A DNA stretch of 63,299 nt, the filler included, from Octopus bimaculoides (taxonomy: Eukaryota): the NCBI RefSeq assembly GCF_001194135.2. It is 6 parts of 5 records of this genome, joined end to end, with 100 filler letters (N's around TTAATTAATTAA, not from the genome) between each part and the next. Parts side by side here need not be neighbours in the genome. Positions count along the whole stretch, not along the records: positions 1 to 18,144 come from NC_068998.1; 5 more parts are not named here. One strand, written 5' to 3'. A program made the translations under genes and the position numbers. The notes beneath the pieces were generated by a model, which was not told the origin of the DNA, did not search any database, and saw only the letters and a list, made by a program, of their open reading frames with translations. This document shows positions 1-11,290 of this stretch, piece by piece (position 1 is the first letter of the stretch; each line of letters opens with the position of its first letter).

Positions 1-1141
1 TAACTGTTATATATTCGATTAAGTCTAGGAAAATAGAAGAGACACTGATGAAGGTGGGATACGATTTCAGAACGTAAAAGGACGCAGCTAAACGCCACCA
101 TTTATGTGTTTAACCTGGTGCACTATATTATTTTCCTGCTGACTCACCGAGCTTGAAGAACTAGAAACATATCGATCTCTGATTTTGGCAACAGACCACA
201 AGTTTGTTGGTGTTTGTTGCAGGCGAGGGTCAGGGCAAGGAGAGGGGGTGAACAAGGCATTTATCAGTATAAGCAAATTTAATTGGCACTAACTGGGAAT
301 CAAAACTGACAGACGAATTTGTCTAAATATGTTCTGATACCTCAGTGAGATAGATAAGGGCTTCTGAAGAACAGATATATAGAACAAAGTCTTTTTTAAA
401 TAAACTATATATGTGAGTGTGCTAGTATACACATGTATATATATATGTATGTCTGTACATATGTGTGTGAAGATTGAGTGATACATATATATAGACAAAA
501 AAGATTTAGCAGCTTGGTGGACTTGTGTTTAAACAGTTGCACTGAAAACAAAGAAGCAATGAAATAAATATGCAGCAATAGACTCAGGATTTTTCTCTCT
601 CTCTCTCGGTTTAGTAAAATATTGACAGCTAGAGCACCGAGAAGAGTAACCGAAAAGTTTTCTTTTTTTTTTTTCAAAATAAATAAATAAATAAATAAAT
701 TGAAAAACAAAAAAAAAAATGACTTAAGCAGTCCGTAGTAAAAAGGAATAGACAAACATTGCTGAGATGGGGGAACAATATAGTAAAGTCAGTCTTTGAG
801 ACCCCCTTCAGTGAAGTTCATCTTCCATGTGGCTGGTTGATGTCATGGCTACAGTGTCAATATGGCAGTAGCCGTGTTATGAGCTTAGAATATAATAATA
901 ATAATAACATGGATCAAATTCGTATTTTATAATCCAACAGTAACAAATAGGTAAAGGTGTAAAAACTGCCACAGCATTCAAGTTGATTATTCTCCTCTGA
1001 ATATTCTTAAAAGATTTAACAGGTTCATGGTAGATGTAACTCATTAACGAGTTTAATTTGGTTGATGATTAAAACATCAGAAAAAAAAAAACGGCGGGGA
1101 GAGGGGATTAAAAAAAAAAACAATGAAGGGTTTATGGGAGG

Positions 1142-1177
1142 CTATAATACATGGCGACAGACAGGGCACGTACCAGA
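1142..1177 (-). CDS. PJA2: Praja-like gene, last coding exon SGTCPVCRHVL*
   Basis: Acceptor ttttcttctctttctag|TCT. Supplies the last two RING cysteines and the TAG stop. Confidence 0.93.
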   Translation of the reverse strand, partial: SGTCPVCRHVL

Positions 1178-4100
1178 CTAGAAAGAGAAGAAAATAGACA
1201 GGATTTAGTTACTTTCACAATTTCATATATTTATTGAGCATGAAAAACAAATTATAATTTTTTTGATAACATAAAATGGTAAAATATCTAAAAAATTTTA
1301 TATATAAAAAAAAGGTAAAATATTCTAAAATCTAAAATTTAAAGATATATATATATATATATATAAAGGCAATGCTCTAGCATGGCCAGTCAAATAACTG
1401 AAACAACTAAAAGAATAAAAGAATGTAGGCACAGGCATGGCTGTGTGGTAAGAAGTTTTCTTCCCAATCACATGATTCCAGGCTCAGTCCCACTGCGTGG
1501 CATCACAGGCAAGTGTCTTCTACTATAGCCTTGTGAGTGGATTTGGTAGATGAAAACTGAAAGAAGCCTGTTGTATATATATTTGTATATCTGTGATTTC
1601 CCCCCAACCGATGTTGGTGTGTTTACGTCCCCGTAAGTTAGTGGTTTGGCAAATGAGGCCGCTAGAATAAGTACCAGGCTTACAAAGAATAAGTCCTGGG
1701 GTAGATTTGTTCGACTAAAGGCAGTGCTTCAGCATGGCCACAGTCAAATGACTGAAACAAGTAAAAGAATAAAAGGATATATGTTACGTTTTATCTTCTT
1801 GTTAGTGAACAAAATGTCTGTGAGATTAAGATTCTTCACTGGTGACCAACTGGTCATATATTCTACCTACATACAAAATAGTTGGAATGGAACAGTCGGG
1901 CATGGTTGTTTAGACACCGATGATTTGGCATGGCTGACCAGACATGCAGCCTGTTTGGGTGACAGTACTTTTTGGCACTGGAGGCAGGCAGGCAGGCAAA
2001 CACACACACACATGCACACAAGCATGCATACAAAAATATACATATAGAAAGCAAGAGAGAGACATACATACATAGATACATACATATGTACAAACATGAC
2101 TAGAGGGAGAGAAAGAGAGAGGAGAGAGAGAGTGAGAAAGAGAGAGAGGGCAAAAGAATTCATTTCATGGGATTGCTCTTAGTGCCACCAACTTCTCTAT
2201 GCATCTACTACATATGAATACCTTCTATTCTATCAGCCAGCCTACAACCCCACACCATGTCTCATACAACCATTGTTTACAACCATTATACAACAGCATA
2301 GGGTTCCAACCTGAATATTTTATGTATTTGTGAGAGACAATTATCTTTAGTTTGGAAAACTAAATATGGAAGAAGAAAAAGCTTCACAGCTCTTTAAAAA
2401 CAACAACAACATAAATAATAATTGGCTTTATTCAATTTGTTACATTAAAAATAAAATTGAAATTTTAAGTTAGAAGCAGTACTATAATGTAAACATTATC
2501 AATGTCACATAATGTGTGTTGTTAAATACTTTCTGACTGCAGTATTTCATCCAGGGGTAAGTCCCTTTAGCCCTTTAGCATTTGAACTGGTCATATCTAG
2601 CCAAAATATCCCAGCTGTTTTATATTCAAACTAGCCAGCTCTGGCCCCCTCACTCCAACCCCACAATATCATTCTCTAAATTAACAGTTACCTCGTCAAA
2701 ATCTCAAAGCTAAAAGATAATGAATGATTTAATTTAAAACAATAATCTGAATGTTAAAGGGTTAAAAACATAGTGTTAAAAAACACGGATTGTATACTTT
2801 GAAGCCAGGTGAAACAAACTGCTTTTGAGACGAATGACCTATTAATATTTTTTGTTTCAGCTCGTTGGTGCCACATACCCGATTTGACCTTGAGTTGAAT
2901 TCAAATTGTCGACCTCAAACATATACATATAGCATATAATCTATCTGCTATTGTGCAACATTGTTGTACAAATAAAAGAAAATTTAAATTCTGAATCAGA
3001 AGTAGCTCTAATAACCTGAATATTATTGAGGTCACAGACTTTGGTTCGTGCGTGCTATTAAACGCTTCATGATTGCAGTATTTTGTCCAGGGAAGGTCCC
3101 TTTAACGCTTTAGTGTTCAGATTACTCTGTTAAATGTAATACTTTTTCACTCAAATTGCTTTGAATTAATCATGCATTATCTTACAGCTTTGATGTTTCA
3201 ATGATGTGATTGTTTATTTTTAGAATGTCAATGTAGGTTAGGTGTGAGAGGCTAGATATAGCCCGTTTGAATATGAAACATGTAGAATATATTGGGGCGG
3301 ATATGGCCGGTTTAAACACTAAAGGGTTAAAGACATACAATGTTAAAAATCACACATTGTATACTTCAAAGGCAGGCAAAACGAACTGCTGCTGAGGTGA
3401 ATGAGAACTACAGACATTGATATTTCAGTTATTTCAGCTCATCATATATTTGATTTGAACTCTAGACAAATTCAAACTGCTGGCCCCAAGTATATACAGA
3501 TAGCATAAAATCTATCTCCTGATGTGCAACTGTGCTACACAAGTAAAACAAAACTCAAAATTTGAGTTAGAAGCAGCTCTGTATTGACATTATCAATGTC
3601 ACAATCTTGATGTATGTGGGTTGTTAAATGCTTCTTGACTGCAGTATTTCGTCCACGGAAGGTCTCTTTAAAGATTACAATGTTTAAAAAACACACATTG
3701 TATACTTCAAAACCAGTTGAAATGAACCACCTTGGAGGCAAATGGGAATGACACATCAATATTTTGTTTTTATTTCAGCTAACTGGTGCCACATACATAC
3801 ATACTTAATTTGACCTTGAGTCGAATTCAAATTCCTGGCCTCAAGTATATACAGATAGTGTAAAATCTATCTCCTGATGTGAAACTGTGCTACACAAGTA
3901 AAACAAAACTCAAAATTTGAATTAGAAGCATAACAAACGTTATCAATGTCACAATCTTGATATATGTGTGTTGTTAAATGCTTCCTGACTAGTATTTCAT
4001 CCAGGGAAGGTCTCTTTAAAGACATACAGTATTGGTATTTAACAACACTCATAAATGAAGTACCTTAAGACATTGATAAAATGAAAATAGAAATCAATGT

Positions 4101-7100
4101 ATTTTATCAGTCTGAGATTAAATCTGAACAAGAGGAAAATTACTTGTATAATGCTTACCTTTATAAGCCATGCCCGAATACATAACATGTGGAAGAGATG
4201 TTGACATGGTAGTTTAGCCATTTTCTCTTCTAATTCCCATGGACATAAACAGATTGGACAGCTGGCTTCTTCATCTTGAAATGAAAATAACTCTCGGTTA
4301 GATAACTACACACAATAGATTAGGCATATTCATATGAACAAAATTATAACCCAGACATTTTCGAACCCTCTACCATTAGATTATTCAGGATCAAAGGAGA
4401 TGAATCCATCCATAAGTACTGACTTCTACTTGGTACCAACAAGATCCAATTCATGTTCTGGCAAACTAACAAGGGAACCTCTACATGCTAACCCAACCTG
4501 TTAGAAATAACAGTCAAACCTCTTTCAACTCATACTTTATTGTCTTAACCTTTTAACATTTAAACTGGTCATATTCAGTTGAAGTATCCTACCTGTTTTA
4601 TGTTCAAACTGGCCAGATCTGGCTTGTCATACCTAGCCATCAATTTCATTTGATACTAAACCCCCCCCCCCGCTACTCCGTATATAACTGGTACTTTATT
4701 TTATCGACTCTGAAATGATGAAAAGCAAAGTTGATCCTGGTTGGATTTGAACTCAGAACATAAAGTACAAGAAGAAATGCCACACACTAAAAGCATTTTG
4801 TCCAACAAGCCAAAGTCTTCGCCAGCCTCCAGAAGACTAAAACACAAAAATGTAGATTATACACATAAAAAATAACACATTTATAATTATCATTTGTACA
4901 AGAATACAAATCTAGAATTGCTCCAAAATAATTCTGGAATTAGAAAGAGTTTGTACAAGCCAAACAACTAAGGTATTGTGATACTGACCGAGTTGGCTTT
5001 TATCAGTTTTGACACATCTTATCAGAGGGTATTTAAGTTAAGAATACAAAATTTATCATCTAATGATGTATAAAGGTTATATCTCCTATTGTCCAGGACT
5101 TTGAGGTGGATAATTCCTAATAATTACTGGCAACGTTGTTGTCAGATTAATCAGTGCATTAAGGTGGTGGGCTGATAGAAATGTTAGCATGCCGGGCGAA
5201 ATGCTTAGTGGTATTTTGTCTGTCTTTACGTTCTGAGTACAAATTCCACTGAGGTTGACCTTGCTTTTTATCCTTTTAGGGTTGATAAATTAAGTACCAG
5301 TTGCATACTGGGTCGATCTAATCGACTAGCCCCCTCCCCCAAAATTTCGGGCCTTGTGCCTAGAGTAGAAAAGAATTATTCAGCGCATTGATACAATCAT
5401 TAGTGGTATTTAGTTGTGTGTTCTGAGTTCAAATTACACCAAAGTCAGCTTTGCTATTTGTTGTTCCAGGGTCAATAAAATAAAATGCCAGTAAATAATG
5501 GAGTCAATTTAACCAACATCACTCCACAAATTTTTGGCCTTGTGCCTGAATTTGAAAGGTAAGTGTGATGTTCATCGTTAAGTTAGCAAAATTGTTAGAG
5601 ATTTGAATAAAATGGTTTGCGGTATTTACCACAATATATAAAAATAATAATAAAAAAATATATACAAATTATAAAAATAATAACAAAAAATATACAGTAC
5701 AGTACTGTTTCTTGTTTTTTTATTGCTTGCAAGGGGCTAAACATAGAGGGGACAAACAAGGACAGACAAAGGGATTAAGTTGATTACATCGACTCCAGTG
5801 CGTAACTGGTACTTAATTTATCGACCCTGAAAGGATGAAAGGCAAAGTCGACCTCGGCGGAATTTGAACTCAGAATGTAACAGCAGACGAAATACTTTTA
5901 AGCATTTCGCCCGGTGTGCTAATGTTTCTGCCAGCTCACCGCCTTCAATACTGTTTCTACTTTGTGGATTTTCACCTATCGCAGGGGAGGGGGGTTGGAA
6001 CGTAACACCCGTGATGGTTGAGGGATTACTGAATATGTATGTGTGCGTGTGATGTTTGTGTGAACTTCTTATATAGTGATGAAGGATATTTTTTTCTTAC
6101 CACCAAGCAATTTTTTAAAATGTGACATCCACTGTGATGGCCAAAGGAGAAAGTTCCTTCAAAGGTGGTAACAACATTTATGCTCTTCACCTCCCGCCAA
6201 AATGTTATAGGTTAAGAAAAATTAAAATGACATTTAGTAACACAGACAAACAACGTTTTTATAGATAAAGTCTAGATAGTTTCAGTTCTTTACATATGTA
6301 CAGTTGAAAATGCAGTCCAGCTAGATAAATCTAGCTGCATCATCATCATCATCGTCATCGTCGTTTAACGTCCACTTTCCATGCTGGCATGGGTTGGACG
6401 GTTTGACTGAGGACTGGTGAGCCAGAGGCTGCACCAAGCTCAATCTTATCTGGCAAAATTTCTACAGCTGGATGCCCTTCCTTAACGCCAACCACTCCGA
6501 GGGTGTAGTGGGTGTTTTTTACGTGCCACCGGCACGAGGGCCAGTCAGGCGGTTCTAGCAACGACAACGCTCAAAAGATAAAGGTGTTTTTACGTGCTAC
6601 CTACACGGGAGCCAGTCCGGCGACACTGGAAACGACCACGCTCGAATGTTGTTTTTCACGTGCAACCGGCACATGTGCCAGCAAAGCGACGCTAGCAACA
6701 ATCACACTCATATGGTGCTTTTCCCGTGTCACCGGCACAGGAGCCAATCCGCGGCCCTGGCAACGATCACACTCGGATGTGCTTTTAACGTTCCACTGGC
6801 ACGAGTGCCAATCAGGTACTGTCATCAGCCACGTCAGCGATTTTGATTTGTTTATATTATTATATTTGTATCTACTATATAGCTTATTTTTTTAATAGTT
6901 TAGTCAAGGAGAGAAGCCTAACTTCCATAGATCTTTGTTGTGGTCACTAAAACTGGAGAGACAAAGAAGAGAAATTTCGATATCATCAAACTAGAGAACT
7001 AGTCTTCTGCTACACTGTGGACTCTGCTAAAACGACTTATAGGCCAGGTGGTGATGTTAAACCAGGCGACAATTAAGTCTTTTACCCTTATGCCACCATA

Positions 7101-10100
7101 GCTAAAATATGACGATCCGCAGAAAAGTGAGAGTTTCAATTATTTACAAAAGGTGACAGAAATGACAGACAATACGCGTTTAAGTCTCCTCTCACTCCCC
7201 TCTCTCAGTGTGGTTTGCAAGTCGATCGAAGGGAAGTAACTCACTGAAAGGACAACTCGGGTGAATTTAATCATTTGATAAAATAAGCGAGACGAGTAAT
7301 TAGGTTAATTATAAAATGACTAAATATCATCAAAAGCAGTGTTCCATCATGGTCGCGGTCTAATGACTGAAACTAGTAAAAGAATAACTTACGAGATGTA
7401 ATGAAGAATGGGAAAACTAGAGGATATTTACGATTAAGACAGACGCAGGTATGTTTGCTTCCTAAACACATGGTTTTGGGCAATCACAGCATGGCACTTT
7501 CGGCAAGTGTCTTATACTACGCCCCTGGGCCAACAAAAGCCTTGTGAATGGATTTGGTAGGCAGAAACTGAAAGAATTCCGGCGGCGAGCTGGCAGAATC
7601 GTTAGCACGCCGGGCGAAATGCTTAGCGGTATTTCGTCTGCCGTTACATTCTGAGTTCAAATTCCGCTGAGGTCGACTTTGCCTTTCATCCTTTCGGGGG
7701 TTGATAAATTAAGTACCAGTTAATTAATCGAATTAATCCCTTTGTTTGTCCCCTCTGTGTTTAGCCCCTTGTGGGCAATAAAGAAATAAGAAACTGAAAG
7801 AATCCCATCGTATATATATATCATCATCATCATCATTTAACGTCTGATTTCCATGCTGGCATGAGTTAAACGGTTTGACTGGAACTGGTAAGCTGGAGAG
7901 CTGTACCAGGTTCCAGTCTGATTTGGCATGATTTCTACGGCTGGATGCCCTTCCTAACGCCATCTACATATGTATGTATATGTGTACGGGTGTGAGTGCG
8001 TACATACGTACATACATGTTTCTGTCTCTTTGTCATGGCATCACATGATAGTTGTAAACGAGTGTCGTTCATTTCCAAGAAAGATAAAAGAGATATGTTA
8101 CAATCATAAAACCCACAAGTGCCACTAATAACAGTAAATTACTGGTATCTTTTTTTTGCTTAATTTGTAATAATGACAGACTTACTGACATCTTCCTGTG
8201 TCACAACGACAGTCTGCAAGTTTTCGATGAGGGTCAGAGGAGCAGGGGGTGGGGCTTGGTCATTGAGTAAATCTGGATGGACAGCCAGCATCTGCAAAAT
8301 AACATTCTGTTAAAGAGAAAAACACAAAGTAACTTTAGAAGAAGTAATTAAACAAAAAAAAAAGGGGGGGGCAAGATGAGTTCATGGTTGATTAACATGT
8401 TTAATCCTCGTATGGAAGAGGATAGAAGATTAAAAGACTATGATAAATCATTGTTGTTCTCCCACTAATGTTAAAGAATGGGACAGGACCCTGATTTAAT
8501 GTGTTAATACACAGATGGCCGTTAATATTCTGAGAGAATAGGTCATGTGAAGAAGAACAAACATGGCTACATCATCATCATCATCGTTTAACGTCCGCTT
8601 TCCATGCTAGCATGGGTTGGACGATTTAATGATAATAATGATTCTTGAACACAGAGGTAGCCAGCCAAATATGTAGGAAGTAACAACAAATCTTGAACTG
8701 TAAATATAAGCTATTAGATATGTTGAGTTCTAAAATTTGTTGTATACTAGGTGGTTTTGCTTTTGTCCCATAATATCTTTTGTAGACATACAGTCCAGAG
8801 GTTTAGGAATTATATTAAACAATTTTTCTTACCTGAAACATCAGTTCCAACATATCCCTCCGTGCATCTTGACGCATTAACAATAAGTCTAAGGGATTCA
8901 GTTCAGCAATGTCTAACTGACTATCTTCTGACAATGCAGTTGACCTGAAATTCATATTGAAATAACATCAATAGTTTTTTTTTCTTTTTTTTTTTTCTCA
9001 AGTTGAAATTAATGTCAACAACACAAAAGATTTAACTGAATCAACCTGTTTTAAATTTCAATATTCAACAAGTAAATTTTTTTTTTTGTTAAATTAATAT
9101 ATTCATGAACTGTATTCAATATAACGATATTGATTAGAAAGAAAAATCAAGTATCTGAGAAAAATAAATGCATGGTGAAGACTGAGTGAAGCGCAGGAGT
9201 GGCTGTGTGGTAAGAAGCTCACTTCCTAACCGCATGGTTCCAGGTTCAGTCCCACTGCATGGCACCTTGGGCAAATGTCTTCTACTATAACCTCGGGCCG
9301 ACCAAAGCCTTCAAAGTGGATTTGGCAGATGGAAACTGTAAGAAGCCCATCGTATATGTATATGTGTGTGTGTGCACGTGTATTTGTGTGTGTATGTATG
9401 TATGTATTTGTGTGTCTATGTTCGTCTCCCCACCATTGCTTGACAACTGATGTTGGTGCCTTTTAGTCAAACAAATCGACCCCAGGGCTTATTCTTTGTA
9501 AGGCTAGTACTTATTCTATTGGTTTCTTTTGCCAAGCCGGTGCCACACAGTGGGACTGAACCCAGTATGATGTGGCTGGAAAGCAAGCTTCTTACCACAT
9601 AGTCACTCCTGCACCTATGAAACATTTTTATCCATCCGTCCTTGATGATGACATATAACCACCTATGTGACACAGTAAGTCAATCCTATGAAGTAGCTAT
9701 GCTATGAAACAAAGATGAAAAATAGGGAAAGTGACAAATTTACCAGTGATTATGGTCTTGGTTTAAAGGTGTTGACAGTCTCGTAGCAAACTGGAGCGAC
9801 GATGAAGTGGACATAGTGTAGGGCAGTGAGCTGCTGTTGGCAACGATTGCTGCTGTTGTAGTTGTGAGATCAGAATCACCTCTGTCAAAGCTTGCTCCCT
9901 CAGAGTTGTGTCGGTGACCGAGTACTTCCCTCATCTGTAAACAATGGATGCAGTCACACTCAAACTCGTCATCAGCATCGGCACTGTCGGAGTCTCTCTC
10001 GAGATCTGAATGCGTATCAGACTGCAACGGGAAAAAAACCCACAACAGGTACAATTAATACAGGAAAAAATTAATATATTTGATTAATAAATTCAAAAAA

Positions 10101-10189
10101 GGATAAAAATCTTTTCCAAGAATTTTATCAGGAAGCCAGTGTGTAAAAAAAATTCATAAGGGAAATTTCTATTCCCAAGAATATAAAGG

Positions 10190-10231
<42 letters not shown>

Positions 10232-11223
10232 AATAAATAAATAATTAAATGATTGAATAAAACATTTAGTTGGCTGAAGCAAAAGTTTATTACAAGAAGT
10301 GTAGTAGGTGAATCTTTGCAACTACTGCTGTACTTGGTTCAAGCTGATACTGAGCCCTGAGATAGACCATAAGACTTCTTGCCTTAGTTTTAGATTTAAT
10401 ATCACACTGGATGATTTGAATACTTCAATCCATCAACTAGTCTTGTTGTGAGAGTGAGAGAATCCCTAAAAGAGGAGGTTTACTGTGACATTTTCTAGGC
10501 TTACAAGAAGATTCAATGACAGTACAGCAAACTTGACAAAATGGCTTCACCAAGTGAATTATAAACTCCTCATCATACTTAATCTTTTCGATACCAATCT
10601 GGCTGAAACTGCCTCTGGCTCTGCAGTACAAATGTCTTGCTTTCATAAGTTCTGAATTAAAATCTTCCACCAAAGCTTCGTCACAGTTTATTGTGCAAAC
10701 ACGAGCTTAATGATAACCAAGTTATTTTACTAAATTTTTTGTTATATTTAAAATTAATTGAAAGAAACACAGCATCTCAACAGAAATAGGGTAACAAAAG
10801 GGTTAATCCTTCACATGATTTCACACCACTGCCTTGTCCCAGGGTATTTTTACTGGAGTCCAACTCAGCAGCATGCATTAGGGACTAAGTCTACCGTCTG
10901 AAAATACCTCCCCTCAACTAATTTCAGATTCCCTGTAAGGAATCAATTCACTACTCTTCTGTCCAAACTGGACAATAAAAACAAAAATCCACAGCTAAGT
11001 AAACTAGACTATGAAGATCACACAGTGTTTTCCAGTGACAGGACACAGAATGGCTTTTACTTACCCCCACCCCCCTACAGTTTGAATGCACAATAAATCT
11101 CCGCTGAAGAGCACCTAGGCCTGGCCCCCCACCTTAGAGTGTACATATAAATGTATACATGCACACACGTGCATGTGCATGTGTGTACATATAAATGTAT
11201 ACATGCACACACGTGCATGTGTG

Positions 11224-11290
<67 letters not shown>

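Larger units (their letters stand above)
2440..4030. repeat. Four tandem degenerate units of about 300-350 bp in the last intron, two interrupted by MITEs
   Basis: The motif ...ctgcagtatttc.tccagggaaggtc.ctTTAA...aaaa..acattgtatacttcaa... recurs near 2540, 3075, 3640 and 3990. Confidence 0.8.

Noticed and set aside
1646-2163. ORFs 1646..2047, 1863..2093 and 1867..2163 as genes or as the ligase's last exon
   Set aside because: Built from a SINE A tail and microsatellites. The true last exon supplying CPVC is at 1142-1177.
6517-6835. Repeat array superficially like CRISPR
   Set aside because: Eukaryotic context, whole units are homologous with no unique spacers, and no cas genes are present.
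11060-11132. Cryptic or poison exon in intron 2 (donor ggg|gtaagt)
   Set aside because: No polypyrimidine tract at the putative acceptor, which lies in a microsatellite-like duplication.
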